From: a virus
Taxonomy: Duplodnaviria; Caudoviricetes
Strand: one strand, 5' to 3'
IMG/VR virus record: IMGVR_UViG_3300037484_000062
Location: 1 to 41,169 of that record
Length of the DNA stretch: 41,169 nt
Positions 22,022 through 31,091 of the stretch are shown here, one piece after another (position 1 is the first letter of the stretch; each line of letters opens with the position of its first letter). The notes below the pieces were generated by a model. That model had not been told where the DNA came from. It worked only from the letters and a program-made list of their open reading frames with translations, and searched no databases. Both the position numbers and the translations under genes were made by a program.

Positions 22022-22389
22022 TTCAAGTCCCTCACTTCCGCCCTACCGAGCGTCCCCTCGATCCTCGCGAGCCGCTGGTTGATCTCGTCGAGCCTGTCTG
22101 CAAGCGCGGCTGCCGCCAGCGCATCTTGGAGGAGGACGCGGGAGTCGATCATGCGCTCGATCTGCGGGATGGCCTCCTTGTGGAACCGCTCCAGCTCACG
22201 GGTGAAGACGTTGCCAGCCGACCAGTTCACCATGCCCCACACGATCGCGATGACCCCGATGAGCTTGGTGATGTTCCCAAGGACGAGCTGCGCCGTGCTG
22301 AGGTTCAAGGACCACACGGTCTTCGGCCCCCCATTCCCATCCCCATTCAGCTCCGTCTTCGACACTGTGGCCCTCCGTTCTTCAAACAT
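22018..22389 (-). CDS. Single-TM coiled-coil protein (lysis-associated)
   Basis: TM segment followed by a coiled coil; upstream of the endolysin. Confidence 0.65.
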   Translation of the reverse strand: MFEERRATVSKTELNGDGNGGPKTVWSLNLSTAQLVLGNITKLIGVIAIVWGMVNWSAGNVFTRELERFHKEAIPQIERMIDSRVLLQDALAAAALADRLDEINQRLARIEGTLGRAEVRDLK

Positions 22390-22408
22390 GGTCTACCTCA
22401 GCGTGGGG

Positions 22409-22747
22409 TCATCGGTTATTCTCGGAGACCTGACGTTGCAGATCCTTCAGGATCAACTCGATGTTGGTGAGCTGCTTGTCCATGTCGCGCATCAGGATGA
22501 GTCGGTCGCGCTCCACCAGGAGCTTGTTGAAGTCGATCTTCTGGTCGATCAGAGTGCTGACCTCCCCCATGTTGCGCGTGTGGTAGATCTCGAGCTTCTG
22601 CGCGAGCACGGAGCTTCCGATCCACGTCGAGATGGCCCACACCGTGCCGACGATGATGCAGAGTTGCACCAGAATGACGAGGACAATGTTCAATGTCACC
22701 GTCTTCTTCACGATGCTCCCGTTCCCGTCCCTGAGAATGTTACCCAT
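22409..22747 (-). CDS. Single-TM coiled-coil protein (lysis-associated)
   Basis: TM segment followed by a coiled coil; similar layout to its neighbour. Confidence 0.65.
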   Translation of the reverse strand: MGNILRDGNGSIVKKTVTLNIVLVILVQLCIIVGTVWAISTWIGSSVLAQKLEIYHTRNMGEVSTLIDQKIDFNKLLVERDRLILMRDMDKQLTNIELILKDLQRQVSENNR

Positions 22748-22773
22748 TGGAATCTCCCCTCCACATGGTAGCT

Positions 22774-24126
22774 TTATCGCAGCCTCTCAATTGAGAACCA
22801 TGAAGCGTCAGCCGGAATCAACAGGTCATCGAGGATCTCTGCGCTACTACTTGATGCGTTCCTCTGGAAAACGTGGATAGACACCTCGTCCCCAGCAGAG
22901 AACCTGTTGATATACTCCAGATGGACCCAAGTTGTGTGGTCGTCGACATACCCCGAGTACACAGCAGAGCCATTGATCACGTCGCCGTTGATTGCAATCG
23001 CCACGACGACATTCACGATGTCACCAGCGCCGTCATTCTTCGTTGTCACACCGATGTTTGCAACAATCCTGTAGCGTCCGTTCTCTGGGATGCGTGCATA
23101 CTCGATGGGGCTCCCTGCTGGCTGGAAGTACCCGGCATCATCGTAGTCGCTCAGTGCTGACCAAGTGAGCGGCTCAATGTTGGCGTGGGTCAGCTCCTGC
23201 GGGCTGTCCATCCACGTCCGACCGCTGTCCCCGATCACGCTTCGCGACGACGTGGTGAGGTTCCAGTAGAAGCCGTCGTACACCACCGTGTAGGAGCCGC
23301 CGACAGCAATCTCACCGCCCTTCAGGTACTGCCCGTCGTACTTCACGATCTGTGGGCCGATCTCGTTCACGTCGAGGACGACGCTGCCAGTGTTAGTGAA
23401 CGCCGCAGTGAACCGTAGCGACTGCCCAACCGTGATCTGCGTGATCTCCGCATCGGTGGTCAGCTCGATGCTGTTCGCCGTGCCGCCTGAGGTCGTCGGA
23501 GGCGTGGAGATGTAGAAAGTATCGAGCAGGAACTGTCGCCAGCGGCGGGCGATTTCCGCAGGGAAGTGCGTCGCCCAGTCCTGGTAGTAGGTGATGTAGT
23601 TCTTCGACGTGTTCGGAGCTGGGCCGACACCGAAGCCCGGAATCAGCGGGACCACCACCTCGGGGTCGTACCCCGTCACCAGCACCTGACCGGCCGTCAC
23701 CCAGACGGCCAGGGAGTTGACGATGGTGTCATACCCAGTGACGGTGACCACACCCTCCTGAGTGACCTTCACGACTGTCGCGAGTGTGCCCACCGCGTCG
23801 AATCCCGTAACGATGACCTGCCCAAGGGTGGCGTTGACCAGGACGCCAGTTATGAGGACTGGGTTGACGTTATACCCGGTGACGATGACCTGCCCGACGT
23901 TGCACAGCACGTCGATCTTCGCTTGATGGATCTCTGCTGGGTAGGCGGTGACCGCCACCGTGCCAAGCGTCGCGGCGATTACTGGCGCGATGATGCTCGC
24001 CGCGAAACCAGTGACGGTGACAACCGCACTCTGGGCGCTGGCCAGCGTCCGCTTCCAGTCCTTCATGGCGAAGGCTGGGGTGACGGCTTCGACGATCACG
24101 CTGCCGAGAGTGGCGTCGACAATCAT
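22774..24126 (-). CDS. Tail fibre-like protein with N-terminal beta repeats and a C-terminal beta-sandwich (450 aa)
   Basis: Repeats like ATLGQVIVTG(F/Y); F.AA.TN.G...YDG domain; C1q-like C-terminus. Confidence 0.65.
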   Translation of the reverse strand: MIVDATLGSVIVEAVTPAFAMKDWKRTLASAQSAVVTVTGFAASIIAPVIAATLGTVAVTAYPAEIHQAKIDVLCNVGQVIVTGYNVNPVLITGVLVNATLGQVIVTGFDAVGTLATVVKVTQEGVVTVTGYDTIVNSLAVWVTAGQVLVTGYDPEVVVPLIPGFGVGPAPNTSKNYITYYQDWATHFPAEIARRWRQFLLDTFYISTPPTTSGGTANSIELTTDAEITQITVGQSLRFTAAFTNTGSVVLDVNEIGPQIVKYDGQYLKGGEIAVGGSYTVVYDGFYWNLTTSSRSVIGDSGRTWMDSPQELTHANIEPLTWSALSDYDDAGYFQPAGSPIEYARIPENGRYRIVANIGVTTKNDGAGDIVNVVVAIAINGDVINGSAVYSGYVDDHTTWVHLEYINRFSAGDEVSIHVFQRNASSSSAEILDDLLIPADASWFSIERLR

Positions 24127-24135
24127 GCCAAGCTC

Positions 24136-24612
24136 CTATGGGGGTGCCAGCTTGAAGATCCCGTTCGCGTTCCAGCTCACGGTGATGGGGCCGTCGTTGT
24201 TGTTCACCGGCCCTGCCATGTCCACGTAGAGCACCAACGGGTCGGCTGGGTCCGTGATGGTGTCGTCGTACAACACCGCCCAGTAGGCGCCCGTGAGCCC
24301 ACCCACTCCGCCACCCGCCTGAGCCCAGGTCACGTCGTCTGCGTCGAACGATGCCGTGCCGTCAGCCTCGTTGGCGCTCTGGTTCGCGAGCGCCGCTCCG
24401 CCTGCTGTGTAGCCGGTGCCGCTCACCTCGTTGGCGCTGAGATCGGCCCACACTGGGGTGGCGAGGGCGGCGGTCGGGGGCACCGCGTTGGTGATCAACG
24501 CGAGCTTGAAGGTGTCCCCGCCCGTGTCGAAATCCATCGCCTTCTGGGACGTGAGTGTCCCCATAAGGTACTTCTTGAACTCCTCGAAGAGGACTAGGTC
24601 GCCACGTGCCAT
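24136..24612 (-). CDS. Small virion structural protein (158 aa)
   Basis: DTFKLAL...NEVSGTGYTAGGAAL...FDADDVTW...AVLYDD...W...GIF. Confidence 0.7.
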   Translation of the reverse strand: MARGDLVLFEEFKKYLMGTLTSQKAMDFDTGGDTFKLALITNAVPPTAALATPVWADLSANEVSGTGYTAGGAALANQSANEADGTASFDADDVTWAQAGGGVGGLTGAYWAVLYDDTITDPADPLVLYVDMAGPVNNNDGPITVSWNANGIFKLAPP

Positions 24613-24624
24613 GTCGCGCCTCCA

Positions 24625-25623
24625 TCAGTAGATGCGTTCGATTGCCATCCAGGTTGAGTTAGCTTCCGTCCCGTTGCCATACACGGATCGGGAATGTCCA
24701 GTTGTGTTTGAGTGAGTCACCTTGACGGTGACGAGGTCATTCTGTGTGAGCGCTCCCTCCCAGAAGAAGTTGACGTTTGGGCTCACGAAGTAGGGAGAGG
24801 CTGTGAACGTCGCAGGGACGGTTGTCCCTGGAGCTGCGGCATACCACCGTGTCCCATTCACGGCCACCGCTGCTTGAGCGTAGGATTCCCCAAGGTTAGC
24901 CGACTCAGACGACCACCGGATGAATCCAGTTACCAGGTAGCGCCCAGTCACAGGGATCACGAAAGCGTCCGACGAGGTTAGATTCAAGTAGGCGGAGTCA
25001 TCGTAGAGTTCCGTTCGGAAGAGGACTGTTGTTGCAGTATTGACGGAGATTTCTTGAGCTGAACTCATGCACGCCTTCGCCCCTCCGAACGTCGACCCAC
25101 TACCGCTCCCACCGCCCATCAGTTGGAACTGCGTCCCGTCGTAGATGGCGGTGTACAGACGGTTGACGACGATCAAGCCAGATGTCAGCGGAGCGCCGTT
25201 GTAGTAGATGTTCTTCGCACCGAGGTTGTTCACGTTCAGCGTGGATGGCCCGCTGTTGGTTCCAGCAGCCTTGAAGTTGAACTGCTGACCAGAGGCGTAG
25301 CCGGCCGGGGAAGGGATCAGGAGCATCGCGTAGGCGTTCAGGGTGTAGCTGGCTGTGGCGTAGTTGAAGTCCCCGTTCTGCACCTGCCACGCCGTGGCGT
25401 ACTCGTCCCGCTGCGTCGCCTCGTCCACCCCAGTGTGCTTCTTCCCACCCATTGGCAGGTTGTCGGTCGGAGTGTTCTGCCCGCCCTTGTGCAGACAGGC
25501 GTTGATCCCCGTCTCGAAGTTGTCATCCTCCTCGTCCATCCGCGTCGAGAGGATGTCGTACCCACCAGCCTCGTCCTCCGTCCAGTCGTGGACGCGACCG
25601 AAGATTCCACCTGACCATCCCAT
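24625..25623 (-). CDS. Tail fibre protein (332 aa)
   Basis: N-terminal podovirus-type attachment region (G.F.R..DW...RMD.E.D.F..GIN.CL.K.GQ); FKAA.TN.G..TLNVN domain; C1q-like C-terminus. Confidence 0.75.
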   Translation of the reverse strand: MGWSGGIFGRVHDWTEDEAGGYDILSTRMDEEDDNFETGINACLHKGGQNTPTDNLPMGGKKHTGVDEATQRDEYATAWQVQNGDFNYATASYTLNAYAMLLIPSPAGYASGQQFNFKAAGTNSGPSTLNVNNLGAKNIYYNGAPLTSGLIVVNRLYTAIYDGTQFQLMGGGSGSGSTFGGAKACMSSAQEISVNTATTVLFRTELYDDSAYLNLTSSDAFVIPVTGRYLVTGFIRWSSESANLGESYAQAAVAVNGTRWYAAAPGTTVPATFTASPYFVSPNVNFFWEGALTQNDLVTVKVTHSNTTGHSRSVYGNGTEANSTWMAIERIY

Positions 25624-25627
25624 AAGG

Positions 25628-27790
25628 CTATCTCCTCTCCTGCCAAGCTGTGACACTGCCAGGGTTGAGAATCCCCCCCTGGTGCTGCAATCCGCCAGAC
25701 TGCGCCGGTGGCTGCGTCGGCTGCTGGTAGTTCTCTCCGTTCATCATGCCGGACATCCCGGCGAGGAACTGCGTGAGGGCCGCTGCGTCATCGTCGTCCA
25801 TCGAAGCAATGTCCCCGGCCAACCTCGTGATCATCGGCCCGATGTCGACGGCCGGTGCTGACATTCCTCTGGCGAGATTCCTGATGACCTTCTCGTTGAG
25901 CAGCAGGTGGGTCGCGTACTTCGGGGTCATCAACGCGAGGGCGCCGAAGATCAGGAAGCCGCCTGGGATGCTCTTCGTCGCGACGCCAGCACCCGTCGCC
26001 AGCGCGATGTTCAACGGGCCGAAAGCCTCGGCCTGGGTGAACCTGCTGTACTGCGTGACCGGCGCCGAGCCGAACCCCGGCATCCTCCGCGACGCCTCGA
26101 TGATGGCCTCCATCGAGTCGCGGATCTCCGTGCCCTCAGCACCGAGGAGCACCGTCCGCATCTTGTCGTCCATCTTGGACAGCCGCCGGATCGCGTAGAG
26201 GACGTTCGGGTCGCCGGCTGCCCCATCGACCCCGGCCTGTGGGAACATCATCTCGCTGAAGATGTACTTCCTGGCGTGGTCCCACTCCGGCGAACCAGCC
26301 CCGAGCGCCGCCTTGAGGTGTGCCGCCTTGACGACATCCCGACCGTTCACGATGCCGGAGAGGGTGGCGGAAATCTCCGCCGGGGTCCCGCCGGCTGCGG
26401 AGAACTTCTTGTAGAAGTCCTCGAGCGTCGTCTCGACGATCCGCATCTTCGCGCTGTAGAAGTTGTTCGCCCGGTCGAACTTCCTGAGAGCCTCTCCGGT
26501 CGGGTCCATCGCGGCACCAGCCCGCAGATCCTTCGAGAGGGCGGCGTAGACCTTCTTCAACTCCGCTCGTGGGAGGTCGGGGTTGGGATCGACTCGGCCG
26601 AGCAACTCCCCGACGCGAGAGCGCAACTCCTTCAACTCCTCGAACGGGGCGTCGAGCTTGATGTTGATCGGGGAACCGTTTGGCATGAAGAGTTGGTAGC
26701 CGTACTGATCGTTAACGGTTCCACGGAGGACATCAAGTCGTTGCGTGACGAGCGGCTTCACCAGCGGGTTCTTCTGCGACGTGAGGTCGTCCAGTGTGCT
26801 GGAGAGATTCGTCCACGGGATTCTGGTGTTCGGTGGGAAGACGCTCTCGAAGTCCTTGTACAGGACCTGCGCCTTGTCGTACCACAGGTCGTCCTGCCGC
26901 TTCAGCCCGCGCTCGATGAACCGCCCGGTGCTCGTGACATCTGGGAGGACAACCTCTCCAGCCCGATTCACGCCGAGCAAGCCGCTGTACCTCTGCTTCA
27001 TGTCTCGGAGCGCCGCATTGGAGGCGGCGTGGATCTTGTCGCTGGAGAATCCGCTCTTGGCTGCCCAGTTGTACACGCCGCCCCAGTCGAACAGCCCACC
27101 CTTGGCGACGAGGTCGAGTCGTGGGGGGTGGCCAATCGACTTCAGGAGGTCGATGTTCGACATCATCACGTCCGGCGGGGAGCCGCCTCTGAGCGTCCAC
27201 CTGCGGATGGCAGGGGCCACGTCAAAGATCGTGCGACCGATCATCTCTCCGGCCACGTTCCGACCGAAGATCCCAGCGCCTCGACCCAGCGTCCTCGGCT
27301 CCGGGGTGGTGCCCTTTACTGTCTTCTGCCAATCCTCCGCCGCCTGATCCCCAGCGACACCACCAACCCCTGCGCCGATAGCCCCGCCAAAAATGGAGCC
27401 TACAGGTCCAAGTCCAGCCCCAATACCACCCCCGGTGATGGCCCCGGCGGTCGACCCCCCGAGTTCCCCGGTGAGGTCACTCATCGAGTTGTACTTGCTC
27501 TCACGCATCGGCCCGGCCTTCGGAATCAGCGCGGCGGCTGAAGCCGGATGACGTGCCAGCAGGCCCATGCTGAGCACAGGAGTCTTCGCCAGATTCCTCG
27601 CCGTCCCGACCGCGCTGGAGAGGCGGCTCAGGATTGGTGCATCCACCATCTTCTCGGGAGTGACCTTGTACTCACCACGAGTGGCCTTCTCCTTCGCGAG
27701 CCACTTGTCGAACTCCTCAACCGATGGGGGGCTGACATCGAACCTCTTCCCATCAGCGAACGTAACGGTGAGCTTCCCGATGTCGCCCAT
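25628..27790 (-). CDS. Internal virion / DNA ejection protein (720 aa)
   Basis: Large helical protein with Gly-rich TM-like segments; synteny. Confidence 0.65.
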   Translation of the reverse strand: MGDIGKLTVTFADGKRFDVSPPSVEEFDKWLAKEKATRGEYKVTPEKMVDAPILSRLSSAVGTARNLAKTPVLSMGLLARHPASAAALIPKAGPMRESKYNSMSDLTGELGGSTAGAITGGGIGAGLGPVGSIFGGAIGAGVGGVAGDQAAEDWQKTVKGTTPEPRTLGRGAGIFGRNVAGEMIGRTIFDVAPAIRRWTLRGGSPPDVMMSNIDLLKSIGHPPRLDLVAKGGLFDWGGVYNWAAKSGFSSDKIHAASNAALRDMKQRYSGLLGVNRAGEVVLPDVTSTGRFIERGLKRQDDLWYDKAQVLYKDFESVFPPNTRIPWTNLSSTLDDLTSQKNPLVKPLVTQRLDVLRGTVNDQYGYQLFMPNGSPINIKLDAPFEELKELRSRVGELLGRVDPNPDLPRAELKKVYAALSKDLRAGAAMDPTGEALRKFDRANNFYSAKMRIVETTLEDFYKKFSAAGGTPAEISATLSGIVNGRDVVKAAHLKAALGAGSPEWDHARKYIFSEMMFPQAGVDGAAGDPNVLYAIRRLSKMDDKMRTVLLGAEGTEIRDSMEAIIEASRRMPGFGSAPVTQYSRFTQAEAFGPLNIALATGAGVATKSIPGGFLIFGALALMTPKYATHLLLNEKVIRNLARGMSAPAVDIGPMITRLAGDIASMDDDDAAALTQFLAGMSGMMNGENYQQPTQPPAQSGGLQHQGGILNPGSVTAWQERR

Positions 27791-27792
27791 AG

Positions 27793-29076
27793 CTACTCCA
27801 CAGGCTCCACCCAGTCAGGCTGGTCGCTCTCACCCTCGCCAGCGATCATCTTGAGGTTCGCCACGATGATTTCGTCCAGTGCAGTCTGGGCCTCTTCAAT
27901 GGGCATCTCACCAGAAGCGACGCTCGTATTGAGCATTCGCTCCCATTCCTTCTTCGCGCTGCCGAGCATCGTGATGGTGGCGTCGATCTTCGCCTTGTAG
28001 GCGACGGGACCATCAGACTTCGTCGCCATCTCGAGCAGTAGGCGCTTGATCTCGGCCTGACTCATCTGGGCGCCTGTCATGTCGTGGATGTGCGTGTTGA
28101 TGGTCGACTGCATGTCGCGGTCCCACGCCTTGTAGGCTCCGAAGTCCTTCCACGACTCCTCTGGGATCGCCTTCCCGACCGTGCTGGAGAGGAGCTTCGA
28201 CTTGTCGATGGCACCCTTCGCGAACTGCCAAGCCTGAGTCTCGATGTACGACCAGTCGGGCTTCCACTGGGAGCGGACACTCTCCAACCTGTCCATAGTG
28301 ACGTTCGCCTTGGAGATGTTCTTCTGAAGGTCCGTCCGCATTGCAGGCGTCGGCTTGCCCATGTCCCCAGTGTTGACCGTTACCCCTGCCCCAGGCTTGT
28401 TGTACTGGGTCATCATCCCCGTGTTCTCCCACGGCTCGTCTGACCCCTTGAGGTGCCGGTGCAGGTAGGCCACCTCGAAACCAGCTTTGGCTGTCGCCTC
28501 TGGATCGAGGATGTCCTTCCACTCGTAGTCCTTCTCTCCTGGGATGGTGATGCGTTCTGTCTTCCCGCCTGGTCGGGTGACCTCGTATGTGCGGCCAGGG
28601 ACGTACTCGTGGACTTCCGTCTTCTGGCTTTCTGTCCGCTGGAACTCGTAAGAGCCCGTCTCCGGGTTGAGCAACCATGCCCCGCCAGCGGAAGGGACCG
28701 GAGGCGGCACCTTCCCCTGCTGCGGCGCCAACATGTTCAGCCCCATCTCCTCCCCCTCCGGCAGCCCGCTCCGCATGAGCGCCTTGGCCTTCGCCAGTTG
28801 TGCGTTCTGCGGGTTGATCAGGCTCGGGGGAGTCATCTGCCGCATCTGGTCCTGGCGCAGGGTTGGTGTCTGACTGAACGGAAGCGCGTTGCCGCCCATG
28901 TGCTCGGGGATGGGCATGGACTCACCGACGCCGCCGAGCACCGCCGCCAGCTCGCTGACCTTCTTCCCGGCGAAGGGCTGCTTCTCTTCGGGGAACTGCT
29001 TGAGGAACTCTTCGATCGCCTTCTTACGGCGCTTGTTCGCGATGGAGTAGCGGATCAGGTCACCAAGGATTGGCAT
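27793..29076 (-). CDS. Internal virion / DNA ejection protein (427 aa)
   Basis: Synteny; GAQMS..E..RL motif. Confidence 0.6.
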   Translation of the reverse strand: MPILGDLIRYSIANKRRKKAIEEFLKQFPEEKQPFAGKKVSELAAVLGGVGESMPIPEHMGGNALPFSQTPTLRQDQMRQMTPPSLINPQNAQLAKAKALMRSGLPEGEEMGLNMLAPQQGKVPPPVPSAGGAWLLNPETGSYEFQRTESQKTEVHEYVPGRTYEVTRPGGKTERITIPGEKDYEWKDILDPEATAKAGFEVAYLHRHLKGSDEPWENTGMMTQYNKPGAGVTVNTGDMGKPTPAMRTDLQKNISKANVTMDRLESVRSQWKPDWSYIETQAWQFAKGAIDKSKLLSSTVGKAIPEESWKDFGAYKAWDRDMQSTINTHIHDMTGAQMSQAEIKRLLLEMATKSDGPVAYKAKIDATITMLGSAKKEWERMLNTSVASGEMPIEEAQTALDEIIVANLKMIAGEGESDQPDWVEPVE

Positions 29077-29089
29077 TGGCTACTCCTCC

Positions 29090-30289
29090 TTAGCCGAAGA
29101 AGCTGAAAATGTTGCTGATGAGGTTGCTGTAGAAACCGGAGTCCGTCGCGTGCGCCGCGTTCTGCCCACCCTGGTAGGTTCCGGCGATTCCGCTGACATC
29201 AACCTGTCCAGGACCGTAGAAGCTCCCGAGATCCCCTGCGGACCCCTGCGGCTGTGACAACCCGAGGATGGACGCCAACTGGCTGAATTCGGCACCCCGC
29301 GTGCCCATCAGCTCGTTGTAGAGCTGCCCGCGAGTTCCCATCTGCTCGTTGAACAACTGCCCTCTCGTGCCCTGCTCGGCCCCAAGCTGGGCAAGTCGCT
29401 CAGAGAGGGTTGTCGCCCGCCCCTGGTTCCCGACGCCCACCTGGGCGAGCAGCTCCGATAGGCCCTGCTGCCTACCCTGCAGCCCGGTCCCAAAGAGGGA
29501 CATCTGCTCGTTCAGGCCCTGCCCTCGCACGCCCATCGCGTCGGAGAGCATCCGCGACATCTCCTGCCCACCACCGATCACGGCCTCGTTCGCCGCCTGC
29601 TGGTAGGCGCGGGAGCGACTGTCGTCGAAGCGGTTGAACTCGTCCGTCCTCTCCTCGGCGCCTACCGGCATCCCACGGTTCGCGTACACCTCGGCAAGGC
29701 GCTGCTCCTGCTCGTTGTACATTGGATCGAGCAGGCTGGTGCTGCGCTCGTAGAGGCTTTTCTCCACGTTCCCTCGCAGGGCGTTCAGGTCGCCCTCGCC
29801 TGGGATCTCCTGCAGCGACCCGAGATCGAGGCCCTCATAGCCGGGGAGGCCCTCGAGATTCAGGGAGTTGTACTGAGGTGGGAGAGACTCCAACCCGAGG
29901 TCGTAGCTCATATCGGGGAGGCCCTCACCGATCCCAGGCAGGCCCCCGATCACGTCGCCATACGCGGCGCCGCTGGAGGGATCTCCAGTACCACCACCAG
30001 CAGCTCCGCCACCTGCAGCAGCAGGATCTCCTGGGTTGCCGATGTTCGTCGGCTGCGCCCCGTACATCCCGAGCAACTGCGACAGCGCCCCACCACGCAT
30101 CCCCATCTGCTGGTTCATCAGGGCCAGCATCTCGGGTGACATGGTCTGCGTGACGTTGGTATTGTTGGGGCCGCTGTACTCGACCGATCCGTAGGGGGTG
30201 TACTGATTCAGGCGATTGTACTCGGCGTTCGCCTGGAACATCTCCTCTGGGTTGATGATCCTCCCGCCGCCACCCTTACTCGTGCTCAT
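29090..30289 (-). CDS. Internal virion / DNA pilot protein (399 aa)
   Basis: NQYTPYGS motif; Gln/Gly-rich amphipathic repeats. Confidence 0.65.
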   Translation of the reverse strand: MSTSKGGGGRIINPEEMFQANAEYNRLNQYTPYGSVEYSGPNNTNVTQTMSPEMLALMNQQMGMRGGALSQLLGMYGAQPTNIGNPGDPAAAGGGAAGGGTGDPSSGAAYGDVIGGLPGIGEGLPDMSYDLGLESLPPQYNSLNLEGLPGYEGLDLGSLQEIPGEGDLNALRGNVEKSLYERSTSLLDPMYNEQEQRLAEVYANRGMPVGAEERTDEFNRFDDSRSRAYQQAANEAVIGGGQEMSRMLSDAMGVRGQGLNEQMSLFGTGLQGRQQGLSELLAQVGVGNQGRATTLSERLAQLGAEQGTRGQLFNEQMGTRGQLYNELMGTRGAEFSQLASILGLSQPQGSAGDLGSFYGPGQVDVSGIAGTYQGGQNAAHATDSGFYSNLISNIFSFFG

Positions 30290-30292
30290 GGA

Positions 30293-30661
30293 TCACCACC
30301 GAGCGGCGCGAGTAGGACCGCCGCCGCCATACCCGATGCTCGGCTTCCCGCCGCCGCCTGCCGTGCCGATGGAGGGCTTGCCGCCGGGAGACTTCTGGAA
30401 GTTGCCGCCCATCTGCATCCCGCTGCCACCTGTCATCGTTGGGTTACCAGCGAGGACGGAGGCGAGATCGCTTCTCTGCCCGGTCGGGGTGTACCCCATG
30501 CCGCTGTCCGCGCTGAGCGTTGGCCCGCCCCCGCTGTTCATCATCCACGGCTTGCCGGACATGGAGTTGGAGAACTGTGGGTACTTAGCCGCGAAGCTCG
30601 CTGCCCCCGGCATCTGGTTCCCGGTGCCCCTGCCCTTGCCTGAGTTCGCACCTGCGCCCAT
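30293..30661 (-). CDS. Gly-rich low-complexity virion-associated protein (122 aa)
   Basis: GGAGG RBS before ATG 30661. Confidence 0.5.
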   Translation of the reverse strand: MGAGANSGKGRGTGNQMPGAASFAAKYPQFSNSMSGKPWMMNSGGGPTLSADSGMGYTPTGQRSDLASVLAGNPTMTGGSGMQMGGNFQKSPGGKPSIGTAGGGGKPSIGYGGGGPTRAARW

Positions 30662-31091
30662 ACCGACCTCCGTCAAACTCGTCCTTCAGCAGACCGAAGA
30701 CGAGTGCGTCCCGGTCACCGAAGTGTTTCCTGATCCTGCCTTCTTCTTTGAAGCCCAGGGTCTGGATGAGTCTGACGGAGCGCGTGTTCGTCTCGTCGAC
30801 GAATGCTGTCACCCTACAGGCATCCAAGGGGCTGTTGAATGGCACCCTGAGAACGTCGTGTGCGAGCCTCGGCGTGATGATCGTCCCCGGCTCGATGGCT
30901 GTGCTGAATGAGATGTTCTTTCCACTGAAGTCATGCAAGACGAAACCGGCGAGAATGCCCTTCTCCTGATCCGCCAAGCAGTAGGCGTAGGGCTCGTGGA
31001 ACATGTCCGTGCGCTCCCCGATGCGGTCGGCCACCCACTGGAGGACGACGCCGACCCCATGCGGGTTCTCGGGGAAGTACAGACCCCTCAC
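30585..31091 (-). CDS. GNAT-family acetyltransferase (virion-module type)
   Basis: RVTAFVDETNTRS..L...LGFKEEGRIR; located after the tail tube genes. Confidence 0.8.
   Translation of the reverse strand: MRGLYFPENPHGVGVVLQWVADRIGERTDMFHEPYAYCLADQEKGILAGFVLHDFSGKNISFSTAIEPGTIITPRLAHDVLRVPFNSPLDACRVTAFVDETNTRSVRLIQTLGFKEEGRIRKHFGDRDALVFGLLKDEFDGGRYGRRCELRQGQGHREPDAGGSELRG

Noticed and set aside
25907-27541. Long antisense ORFs (544 aa here; also 2930-4153 and 34371-35768)
   Set aside because: They are shadow ORFs opposite clear high-GC3 genes and contain no recognisable motifs.
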